64,000 bases of DNA, from assembly GCA_039680575.1 (NCBI GenBank), contig JBDKSP010000095.1, positions 1-64,000 on the forward strand. The letters run 5' to 3'. Below the pieces are notes generated by a model. That model was not told the DNA's origin and ran no database searches. It was given only the letters and a program-made list of their open reading frames with translations. Both the position numbers and the translations under genes were made by a program. Positions 1 to 8,017 of this stretch are shown piece after piece. This stretch comes from Armatimonadota bacterium. Its GTDB lineage: Bacteria > Armatimonadota > UBA5829 > DTLH01. Position 1 is the stretch's first letter; each line of letters starts with the position of its first letter.

Positions 1-2
1 GT

Positions 3-833
3 GCCTACCCCTGCTGAAAAAACGTGCCCGATGTAGCCTTGATGGTCGAAGTAGGGCTCAGGTCCGCTGTCGGCATAGATGACATGACTGCCCTTCTCGG
101 TGTGGAGAGTCCCGGTGAGCTTGATTATCCTGTCAGTTGGGTTTACCGCGGCAGTGGTATACACCTTTATGGCCGCATCCGAGTCGTCATCTCCGACTGT
201 TATATATCCTGCCCCTGTCTCTCTTACAGGCTTGCAGGATACCTCCACAGTGGAAAGCAGCGGAGCTGAAGTAAGTGATGCCACCGTGCCGTAGACGGAA
301 GGCTTCTCCGCCGGTTCGGACGTGACTAAGCCGGGTATTCCGCTTCCGTCTGCTGTCAGGCTCGGATCGGATGGAGGAATAGGAGCGGCAGGGATAGGTA
401 AGGCCTGCCTGTCAGCGCAGAGCATAAAGCAATATGACCATCCGATAAGGGAGCCGTCCTTATTGAAGTAACCGAAGGTGGTTGCGTCGGTCAGGCAGCT
501 TTCGCCTGTGTTGAGGGTTACCAGCGTCCCGGTGACGTCTACAGTCATCCCGCATGTAAGGGATGACGGCGGGCGGGACAATATGACGATCTTGTTGTCC
601 GGCTTGAACCTGTCCTGGACAACGAAATAAGGCGGGTCGTTGCGTGCTTCTATCTTTGAGACAGTGACTTTCTCAAGCAGCACGCCCTGTCCATCCTGAT
701 TAAGAAGAATGGAGCTGACGGAGTCCTCGTTTTCCCATGGCAGCGGCTGTGCATACGCCATTGAGCAGGCAATGAACAGGCATAGGAGCATAAGCGGGAA
801 AAAACGACTGAAGATACTGCGGGTAATGACCAT
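3..833 (-). CDS. Secreted protein (N-terminal 277 codons, runs off the left edge) with signal peptide and OB-fold-like modules; cargo of the integrated element
   Basis: Not in the ORF track (no stop inside the window). Manual translation from ATG 833: MVITRSIFSRFFPLMLLCLFIACSMAYAQPLPWENEDSV..., open to position 3. AGGAG Shine-Dalgarno upstream; AYA signal-peptidase-like site. Confidence 0.85.
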   Translation of the reverse strand, partial: MVITRSIFSRFFPLMLLCLFIACSMAYAQPLPWENEDSVSSILLNQDGQGVLLEKVTVSKIEARNDPPYFVVQDRFKPDNKIVILSRPPSSLTCGMTVDVTGTLVTLNTGESCLTDATTFGYFNKDGSLIGWSYCFMLCADRQALPIPAAPIPPSDPSLTADGSGIPGLVTSEPAEKPSVYGTVASLTSAPLLSTVEVSCKPVRETGAGYITVGDDDSDAAIKVYTTAAVNPTDRIIKLTGTLHTEKGSHVIYADSGPEPYFDHQGYIGHVFSAGVG

Positions 834-980
834 GTTTCGCTCCTGGTAAGAGTAGAATTTGGTGTTTCACCCTGTAATAGCGGCAATTGCAATTTAGCAT
901 GGATATGGTCGGCTGTCAATCTGAACCAAGAACAATGTCCAGAATGACTGCCATGTATCTTCTTGGCTGCTCGCTACAAG

Positions 981-1021
981 CATTATAGCAGGTAGGTGAT
1001 AAGAACATATGTGCTATAATG
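981..1021. promoter_or_regulatory. Back-to-back extended -10 promoters (TGCTATAAT on both strands) with a LexA-like box overlapping the integrase promoter
   Basis: CATTATAGCA 981-990 and TGCTATAATG 1012-1021 form a 10-bp inverted repeat. AGAACATATGTGCT 1002-1015 resembles GAAC-N4-GTTC. Confidence 0.55.
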
Positions 1022-1138
1022 GATGTGTAGCCCCGCCAGGCAAGCATACAGATTTGATGCCGTTATCGGCATCGTAAGCGGGCAGCTCATCCTCTGGCGG
1101 GGCGTGATCTGCCCGTTTTGTATTTGGGGAGAGGATCG

Positions 1139-2284
1139 ATGAAAGGCTCAGTAGTTAAGCGTCCGTCCGGCTACTATATTCGGTATGATGTATACGACGA
1201 TACCGGAAAACGTCAGCAGAAGTGGAAATCGGTAAAGGGCAGCAAGCGCGACGCTGAAAAGGAACTCTCAAAGGTCCTGCACGAGATTAACACCGGCCGG
1301 TATGTAGACCCGTCCAAAATGACCGTTTCGGATTTGATGCAGCAATACCTGGAGGGCAATGAAAAGCGTTTGGCAGAAAAAACACACGCCGGATATGAAG
1401 AAAAGATTAATAATTACATCAATCCTCATCTCGGGCGAGTTCGCTTGGAAAAGCTTAATGGTGCGCGGATCGACAAGTTTCTCAAAGATATACAAGAATC
1501 AGGCCGAAAGAACGGCAGTGGTGTGTCTACCCAGACCGCACATCATTGCCGGGCAATACTCCGCTCTGCGATAAATTGGGGAATAAAAAAGGATGTGATC
1601 AATATCCTCATTAATCCTGTTACTCGATCAGATTCCATTAAGGTTAAGCATGAGGAAATGAAGATATTGAGCGTTGAAGAATCGATTCAGCTCGCGGATG
1701 CCTGCCAGGAAAGCATTTGGGGTGTACCTATATTTATCAGCTTATATACCGGATTAAGGCAAGGGGAATGCCTGGGGCTGCACTGGTCGGCAGTTGATCT
1801 AGAAGCCGGAACAATCAAAGTCGAGTATTCGCTAGAGTACGTCAAAGGCAAGTTGAGGCTGAAGGACCCAAAGAACGAAACCAGCCGCAGAACATTTGAA
1901 GTAACCCCTGAAGTCGTCGAGCAACTGAAACGGCATAGGGAAGTGCAAAAGCTGCAAAAACTGGAATACGGTGCTGATTACAAAGACAATGATTTGGTAT
2001 GTGCGATGCCGAATGGTAGTTACATGCGCGGACCAACGCTCACAGAGTCACTTCAGGAGATATTGGCGAAATCAGAAATCAGACGAATACGATTCCACGA
2101 TCTTCGCCATACACATATATCTATAAGCCTTGCTATGGGAGAATCAATAATCAGGGTTTCGAAACGTGTAGGTCATGCAAATCCAAGCATTACATTAAAG
2201 AGGTACAGTCATTGTATCCCCGGAGACATGGGAGCTCCGGTGCAATTTGCCGATGCATTAAAAAATACACGTAAGGCCAAGTAG
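1139..2284 (+). CDS. int: Tyrosine recombinase / phage-type integrase with N-terminal arm-binding domain
   Basis: TGLRQGECLGLHW (R), KDPKN (K), RFHDLRHTH (HxxR), RVGHANPSITLKRYSH (H, Y). ATG 1139 follows GGAGAGGA. Confidence 0.95.
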   Translation: MKGSVVKRPSGYYIRYDVYDDTGKRQQKWKSVKGSKRDAEKELSKVLHEINTGRYVDPSKMTVSDLMQQYLEGNEKRLAEKTHAGYEEKINNYINPHLGRVRLEKLNGARIDKFLKDIQESGRKNGSGVSTQTAHHCRAILRSAINWGIKKDVINILINPVTRSDSIKVKHEEMKILSVEESIQLADACQESIWGVPIFISLYTGLRQGECLGLHWSAVDLEAGTIKVEYSLEYVKGKLRLKDPKNETSRRTFEVTPEVVEQLKRHREVQKLQKLEYGADYKDNDLVCAMPNGSYMRGPTLTESLQEILAKSEIRRIRFHDLRHTHISISLAMGESIIRVSKRVGHANPSITLKRYSHCIPGDMGAPVQFADALKNTRKAK

Positions 2285-2291
2285 TTCCAGT

Positions 2292-2330
2292 TGCTCACAT
2301 TCGTTTATCTGTGCTCACATATTTGCTCAC
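2292..2330 (+). repeat. Three TGCTCAC(AT) direct repeats, probable integrase arm-binding sites
   Basis: Copies at 2292-2300, 2312-2320 and 2324-2330, between the int stop and the att core. Confidence 0.65.
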
Positions 2331-2431
2331 GAAAGAGATAAATCGACAAGTGGTGTAACGTGACGACGAGTGAAGTTGAACTCAGATAATGGCGAAAAGA
2401 GACGAGAAGCGATAAGGCATGGCGGTATTTT

Positions 2432-2480
2432 CGGTCTGCAAAACCGTTATTCTCGGGTTCGATTCCCGACGTCGCCTCCA
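2432..2480 (+). other. tRNA-Cys(GCA) 3' fragment = att core (attR), not an intact tRNA
   Basis: CGGT-CTGCAAA-ACCG anticodon arm, GGTTCGATTCC T-loop, CGTCGCC-T-CCA end. No GGCGACG acceptor 5' strand or D-arm upstream. Confidence 0.85.
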
Positions 2481-2494
2481 TATTTTGAGCTCAA

Positions 2495-2530
2495 AAAAGG
2501 CCTTTCGGGAGATTTCTCGAAAGGCCTTTT
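2495..2530. terminator. Bidirectional intrinsic terminator after the tRNA-Cys fragment
   Basis: AAAAGGCCTTTCGGGA-GATT-TCTCGAAAGGCCTTTT. Confidence 0.85.
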
Positions 2531-2534
2531 GCTT

Positions 2535-2556
2535 GATTTCTAACAGATTTCTAACA
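2535..2556. repeat. Tandem 11-bp direct repeat GATTTCTAACA x2, possible arm sites of an older element
   Basis: Exact copies at 2535-2545 and 2546-2556, just past the stop of the integrase stub. Confidence 0.5.
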
Positions 2557-2576
2557 TATGGTAAAAAATTGCAGTT

Positions 2577-2621
2577 TTATTGCTCTCTTGCACGTCTTAA
2601 TGCATCGGCAAATTGGGCTGG
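2577..2621 (-). pseudogene. C-terminal stub of a second, related integrase
   Basis: Reads PAQFADALRRAREQ* versus PVQFADALKNTRKAK* of the intact int; 19-bp exact match (2597-2615 inverted to 2243-2261). Confidence 0.65.
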
Positions 2622-2749
2622 TCGTGACTGTAGCTCCAGCTTCTTTCAGACCCCACCTCACAGTGACGCCTTTGCCTTCGCTTAACGGTTTCGACTTCCT
2701 ACTCCGTAGGGGACTTACACCCCCGAAAACGAAAACATGCCCGGCATAC
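2619..2749 (-). mobile_element. 5' fragment (domain I) of a group IIC intron; no RT ORF, no domains V/VI
   Basis: Minus strand GTATGCCGGGCATG...GGGGTGTAAGTCCCC...GTTAAGCGAAGGCAAAGGCGTC...GTCTGAAAGAAGC resembles IIC intron 5' ends and starts 6 nt after a terminator hairpin. Confidence 0.75.
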
Positions 2750-2755
2750 ATGAAT

Positions 2756-2789
2756 AAAGCCCCCACCAGATCACTCCAACGGGGGCTTT
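2756..2789 (-). terminator. Intrinsic terminator of ppdK (target site of the IIC intron)
   Basis: AAAGCCCCC...GGGGGCTTT inverted repeat about 35 nt past the ppdK stop. Confidence 0.75.
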
Positions 2790-2823
2790 TACTAACTACT
2801 GACTAACTATATATCGTCAGTTA

Positions 2824-5502
2824 TTACTTGTCTCTCTGAGCTCCGCTGCCCTTCTCCTCTATGACAGCCTGGGCGGCTGCAAGGCGGGCGACAGGAATTC
2901 GGCGAGGCGAGCAGCTGACGTAGTTCAGGCCGATTCTATGGCAGAACTTCACGCTGTCCGGCTCTCCACCGTGCTCACCGCAGATTCCGAGCTTGATCTT
3001 CGGGTTGACTGCTCTTGCGTCTTCGACGCAGATCTTCATCAACCGGCCAATGCCCTTCTGGTCGATAGTCTCGGTCGGGTCTACTTTGAAGATGCCCTTC
3101 TCGATGTAGAGCGGCAGGAACTTGCCGGCGTCGTCACGAGAAATGCCGTAGCCCATCTGGGTCAGGTCATTTGTTCCGAAGCTGAAGAACTGGGCATGCT
3201 GTGCGATCTCGTCGGCTGTCAGTGCAGCGCGCGGGATCTCGATCATTGTGCCGAACATGTAGTCGACTTCACAGCCTTCTGCTTCCATCGTCTTCTTTGC
3301 AACGTCATCAAGCTGTGCCCTAAGGTAGGTCAGTTCGTTTACGGTGCCGACGAGCGGGATCATGATCTCAGGATGAACGTCCATACCGGACTTCTTCACC
3401 TCACAAGCCGCGCCGATGATGGCAGCAACCTGCATATTAACGATTCCAGGGAAGTAGATCGAAAGTCTGCATCCGCGAAGTCCGAGCATCGGGTTGGACT
3501 CGTGCATATCCTGAACCTTCTTGAGAAGGTCTTCCTTCTCAGCCAGTGCAGGGTCCTTTGGGTTCTTGCAGCGCATCTCGGTGACTTCCACCAAGAGCTC
3601 ATAGAGCGGCGGAAGGAACTCATGAAGCGGCGGGTCGATCAGTCTTACTGTGACAGGTCGTCCACCCATCGCCTTGAAGATTCCGACAAAGTCTTCGCGC
3701 TGAAGAGGAAGAAGTTTCTCAATAGCTTTCTCTCGGATCTCTTCGTTGTCGGCAAGGATCATGTCTCTCACGAACGGGACGCGCTCTGAACCGAGGAACA
3801 TATGCTCAGTCCGGCAGAGTCCGATTCCCTCAGCGCCGAGTTTCACTGCATCGGCTGCATGCTCAGGGTTGTCGGCATTTGCGCGGACTCCGAGCTTACG
3901 GATTTCGTCAGCCCATCCCATGAACGTGCCGAAATCGCCTGTAACTGATGCGGGCTCGGTCTCAAGCTTCGCGTTGAAGACTTCGCCGGTCGTTCCGTTG
4001 ATCGTGATGATGTCGCCTTCCTTGATCACAGTTCCGTTGACCGTAAACTGCTTGGCTTCGTCGTCGATCTTTACAGCGCCACAGCCGCAAACGGTCGGGA
4101 TACCATACTGGCGGGCGATAAGAGCCGCGTGACTGGTGCGTCCACCGAGTTGGGTGAGAACACCAGCAGCAGCGAGCATTCCGCCGAGGTCGTCAGGGTT
4201 TGTCTCTTTGCGGACCAGGATGACATTCTTGCTTGTCTCAGCCATCTTGATAGCAGCCTTGGAATCGAATGCAACGTGACCCCACGCGCCGCCAGGACCT
4301 GCGTTCAGACCCTTGGCTAAAGGCTTCAGTCCGCTGACATCTTTTATCCTCGGGTTGAGCAACTGCTCGAGCGCCTCAGGGGCTACTCTCGTCAGAGCCT
4401 CTTCCTTGGTGATTCTCTTCTCTCCGACCATATCGACAGCGATCTTAACAGCGGCGGCGCCGGTTCTCTTACCGGATCGGCACTGAAGGATGAAGAGCCT
4501 GCCTTTCTCGATGGTAAACTCTATGTCCTGCATCTCACGATAGTGGTCTTCCAGCTTATGCGCGATTTCCGCAAACTGGCCGTAAATTGAAGGGAACTCG
4601 TTTGCGAGCTGATCTATAGGTTCAGGAGTTCTGACACCAGCGACGACGTCCTCGCCCTGTGCATTCTTCAGGAACTCACCAAAGAGCTTGTTCTCACCTG
4701 TTGCAGGGTTGCGTGTAAATGCAACGCCGGTGCCGCAGTCGTCGCCCATGTTGCCGAAAACCATCGTCTGAATGTTGACGGCGGTTCCGAGGTCATGGGA
4801 AATCTTCTCGCGGTTCCTGTAGATGATGGCTCTTTCGTTATTCCAGCTCTTGAAGACAGCGATGATGGCGAGCTTGAGCTGCTCCATCGGGTCTGTCGGG
4901 AAATCATTGCCGGTAATTTCTTTGAAATAAACTTTATACTTGGCTACGAGCTCTTTCAGTCCTTCAGAATCGACTTCTGTATCGACTTTAGCGCCCTTCG
5001 CAGCCTTGAGGCCATCGAAGATATGCTCGAAATGGTGCTTTGCAAGCTTGGGATAGTCGCTTGAAAGAACGATGTCGGAGAACATCATAAGAAAACGGCG
5101 GTAGGCATCGTAAGCGAAACGATCGTTTCCGGTTGCGGCGATAATACCCTTCAAGGTATCATCGTTGAGTCCCAGGTTGAGGACTGTGTCCATCATACCA
5201 GGCATGGAGAACTTTGCGCCCGATCTTACGGAAACAAGAAGTGGGTTCTTCACATCGCCGAGCTTCTTACCCATATCTTTTTCTACGTCCGTAAGGGCTT
5301 TGAGAACTTCTTCCCACAGTCCATCCGGAAGTTTTCCGAGCTTAGTATATTCATTACAAGTCTCTGTAGTGATAGTGAACCCGGGCGGTACAGGAAGACC
5401 TATGTTGGTCATCTCCGCCAGGTTAGCGCCTTTGCCACCGAGCAGGTCGCGCATGGTCGCGTTACCTTCTCTGAACAGGTAGACGCGCTTTTTGTTCGTC
5501 AT
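2824..5502 (-). CDS. ppdK: Pyruvate, phosphate dikinase
   Basis: 892 aa; LLGGKGANLAEM, SVRSGAKFSMPGMMDTVLNLG, GGRTSHAA (phospho-His), GIGLCRTEHMF, GICGEHGG. Confidence 0.98.
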   Translation of the reverse strand: MTNKKRVYLFREGNATMRDLLGGKGANLAEMTNIGLPVPPGFTITTETCNEYTKLGKLPDGLWEEVLKALTDVEKDMGKKLGDVKNPLLVSVRSGAKFSMPGMMDTVLNLGLNDDTLKGIIAATGNDRFAYDAYRRFLMMFSDIVLSSDYPKLAKHHFEHIFDGLKAAKGAKVDTEVDSEGLKELVAKYKVYFKEITGNDFPTDPMEQLKLAIIAVFKSWNNERAIIYRNREKISHDLGTAVNIQTMVFGNMGDDCGTGVAFTRNPATGENKLFGEFLKNAQGEDVVAGVRTPEPIDQLANEFPSIYGQFAEIAHKLEDHYREMQDIEFTIEKGRLFILQCRSGKRTGAAAVKIAVDMVGEKRITKEEALTRVAPEALEQLLNPRIKDVSGLKPLAKGLNAGPGGAWGHVAFDSKAAIKMAETSKNVILVRKETNPDDLGGMLAAAGVLTQLGGRTSHAALIARQYGIPTVCGCGAVKIDDEAKQFTVNGTVIKEGDIITINGTTGEVFNAKLETEPASVTGDFGTFMGWADEIRKLGVRANADNPEHAADAVKLGAEGIGLCRTEHMFLGSERVPFVRDMILADNEEIREKAIEKLLPLQREDFVGIFKAMGGRPVTVRLIDPPLHEFLPPLYELLVEVTEMRCKNPKDPALAEKEDLLKKVQDMHESNPMLGLRGCRLSIYFPGIVNMQVAAIIGAACEVKKSGMDVHPEIMIPLVGTVNELTYLRAQLDDVAKKTMEAEGCEVDYMFGTMIEIPRAALTADEIAQHAQFFSFGTNDLTQMGYGISRDDAGKFLPLYIEKGIFKVDPTETIDQKGIGRLMKICVEDARAVNPKIKLGICGEHGGEPDSVKFCHRIGLNYVSCSPRRIPVARLAAAQAVIEEKGSGAQRDK

Positions 5503-5699
5503 TCAGATTTTCCTCCTGCGTTATCTTACCATTCGGTACCAAATTCTGTAATTCAACGTCGGATGTGAGAATTCCTCCCTGTACACAAAAATGTGCTTAC
5601 CGAATTCACACAATGCGTCAAACTGCTCTGAAGCGTGTCGTTCATTGGGTAACATCTTACTGAAGATTGCTATTTACCTCTTTGGGAGGAGGGATTTAA

Positions 5700-6788
5700 T
5701 TGAGGTTGCGTAATGTTTCCAACAGCGCGAGCCTTTGGGTCATGCTATTAGCTATGTTTTTTGCCGGTCTGCTTTTGGGGTCTTCGATAGTTGACGTATC
5801 CACGCAGACTATAAAGCCCAGTGTTCCAGCAGGAACAGGAGCAGGCGGCGCTCCGCTGCTGCTCGACAGCGAACGGGCTGTTGTTGATCTAGCGCGCAAT
5901 GTGGGTCCGGCTGTGGTCGCTATCAGTACAGGCTCTGACGATGATAGTTCGGTCGGTTCCGGCGTGATTGTTCGGCCTGAGGGATATATCCTGACGAATA
6001 ATCACGTCATCGAGGGCGAAAAGAAAGTGACGGTTACACTCGCAAGCGGCAAGAAAATTCAAGCAACACGTCTTGGTGGTGATCCCAGAGTCGATCTCGC
6101 CGTGCTGAAAGTGAATGCAGGCCGGCTTCCTACAGCTCCCATCGGTGATTCCGACACGCTTCAGGTAGGCCAGATAGCCGTGGCGATAGGTAATCCCTAC
6201 GGGTTTGAGCGGACAGTCACAGTCGGCGTCGTCAGCGCATTGAACAGGAGTATACCAGGCGGAGGGTCTGCGCTCTCTAACCTTATCCAGACGGATGCTG
6301 AGATCAACCCGGGCAATTCCGGCGGCCCGCTTCTGGATGCCCGTGGAAATGTTATCGGGATCAATACAGCGCTGATCACTGGTGGAGGCGGCGGACTCGG
6401 GTTTGCAGTACCTATCAATACAGCACAGGAAGTTATTCAGGATGTACTGGAGTATGGAAGAGTGATAGTCCCCTGGATCGGAATATCCTACGGGGATGTT
6501 ACACAAGAGACGTCAAAAGCCTTCGGTCTATCTGCAAATAGGGGCGTAATGGTCGCGGATGTATCACCGAACAGCCCTGCGTCACAAGCAGGACTCAAAC
6601 TCGGGGACATAATCGTCCAGACAAACGGAACTATAATCGAGGACAGCGGTGACTTGCAGAAACAACTGCGTGGGAAGCATGTCGGCGATATAATGCGGTT
6701 GACCATTATACGCGACGGAAAACGCCAGACTGTCGATGTCAAACTCCAGGAAATGCCAAGCTCACTCCAGTCAAAAGAAACGCAATAA
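5700..6788 (+). CDS. htrA: HtrA/DegP-family (S1C) serine protease with one PDZ domain
   Basis: N-terminal hydrophobic anchor, GYILTNNHV, DLAVLKV, IQTDAEINPGNSGGPL, C-terminal PDZ; TTG start after GGAGG. Confidence 0.93.
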   Translation: MRLRNVSNSASLWVMLLAMFFAGLLLGSSIVDVSTQTIKPSVPAGTGAGGAPLLLDSERAVVDLARNVGPAVVAISTGSDDDSSVGSGVIVRPEGYILTNNHVIEGEKKVTVTLASGKKIQATRLGGDPRVDLAVLKVNAGRLPTAPIGDSDTLQVGQIAVAIGNPYGFERTVTVGVVSALNRSIPGGGSALSNLIQTDAEINPGNSGGPLLDARGNVIGINTALITGGGGGLGFAVPINTAQEVIQDVLEYGRVIVPWIGISYGDVTQETSKAFGLSANRGVMVADVSPNSPASQAGLKLGDIIVQTNGTIIEDSGDLQKQLRGKHVGDIMRLTIIRDGKRQTVDVKLQEMPSSLQSKETQ

Positions 6789-6841
6789 CCTGCCAAAGTG
6801 CCATGCGGCTGACCGTGTGATCAAGCAAAGTGTGTTGCTAG

Positions 6842-6876
6842 AAGGATCGAGGACTTCGAAAACCCTCGATCCTTTT
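6842..6876 (+). terminator. Intrinsic terminator after htrA
   Basis: AAGGATCGAGG...CCTCGATCCTTTT. Confidence 0.7.
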
Positions 6877-6961
6877 CTAATTATACTGCAGGAATTTCTC
6901 GGTTCTGCCAATAAGAATACCACATATATGTCATCCTGCTATAAATCGAGGTCATGTTAAC

Positions 6962-8014
6962 GTGATTGTGATAGATGGAAGCTACGGCGAGGGTGGAGGC
7001 CAGATACTTCGCACCAGCCTTACGCTATCAGTAATATCGAAGCAGTCTATACGAATTGAAAATATCCGTGCCGGTAGAAAAAACCCAGGTCTTCAGCCGC
7101 AGCATCTGACTGCCGCACAAGCTATAGCAAGCATCTGTAACGGCAGACTTACAGGAGACAAAGTCGGTTCCCAGACACTCGAATTTCACCCGGGAAATGT
7201 GAGACCCGGAGAATATACATTCGATGTCTCAAAGATAAAGTCCTCGGCAGGTTCAGTCAATCTTATATTCCAGACTGTGCTTCCGCCGCTTGCCTTTTCC
7301 CGAAAGCCATCGAAGGTCACGATCCGCGGAGGGACCCATGTTCCCTGGAGCCCGTCAGCCGATTATATCTCCGAGGTCTACCTTCCTACACTCGCGCGAA
7401 TGGGGTTTCCGGTCCAATATCGATTAACGCGAGCGGGCTATTATCCGATAGGGGGTGGAGAAATCGAAGCAGAGATACAGCCGGTCAATCATCTGCAGCC
7501 AATTGATCTTTTCAAAAGAAAGCTCGGCGCTGTTACCTGCTATTCGGCTGTCTCCAACCTGACCAGGTCGATTGCCAACAGGCAGATGGCTGAAATGACC
7601 TCTCGGCTGAAACAGCTCAATATAGAGCCGAATAAAGTGATCGAAGAATATGAATCGCCAGGCATAGGGACTTTCTCGTTCATTTTATTCGATGGCGGTG
7701 ATGTAAAAGCAGGTTTCACATCACTCGGAGAGAAAAGAAAATCATCGGAAGAGGTCGCCGGAGATGCCTGCGACGAGTTTACCCTATGGTGGAAATCTGG
7801 GATGGCACTGGACAAGCATCTGGCTGACCAGTTGATCGTCCCAATGGCACTTGCTAACGGTGAATCATCCCTTGCAACAGAAGAAAATACGCTTCACCTG
7901 AGAACGAATATATGGACTGTAGGTCACTTTTTGCAGACAAAGTTCGATGTTCAGGGAAACCCGGGAGAACCTGCGACATTAAGGGTGATCGGAAATGCGG
8001 GAAATGGAGATTAA
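6962..8014 (+). CDS. rtcA: RNA 3'-terminal phosphate cyclase
   Basis: IDGSYGEGGGQILRTSL, RAGRKNPGLQPQHL, GGTHVPWSP, GYYPIGGG, DKHLADQL. Confidence 0.95.
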   Translation: MIVIDGSYGEGGGQILRTSLTLSVISKQSIRIENIRAGRKNPGLQPQHLTAAQAIASICNGRLTGDKVGSQTLEFHPGNVRPGEYTFDVSKIKSSAGSVNLIFQTVLPPLAFSRKPSKVTIRGGTHVPWSPSADYISEVYLPTLARMGFPVQYRLTRAGYYPIGGGEIEAEIQPVNHLQPIDLFKRKLGAVTCYSAVSNLTRSIANRQMAEMTSRLKQLNIEPNKVIEEYESPGIGTFSFILFDGGDVKAGFTSLGEKRKSSEEVAGDACDEFTLWWKSGMALDKHLADQLIVPMALANGESSLATEENTLHLRTNIWTVGHFLQTKFDVQGNPGEPATLRVIGNAGNGD

Positions 8015-8017
8015 TCA

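Larger units (their letters stand above)
1..2480. mobile_element. Right end of an integrative element or genomic island inserted at tRNA-Cys
   Basis: Integrase followed by arm-like repeats and a tRNA-Cys 3' fragment; the left end is outside the window. Confidence 0.8.

Noticed and set aside
1030..1116. HDV-like ribozyme
   Set aside because: Only 8 nt between the second helix and the P1 3' strand; no room for P3/L3 and no P4.
2405..2480. Intact tRNA-Cys
   Set aside because: No 5' acceptor strand or D-arm; treated as an att fragment.
2551..2806. Short ORFs (71-88 aa) between att and ppdK
   Set aside because: They overlap terminators and the intron fragment and show no protein-like motifs.
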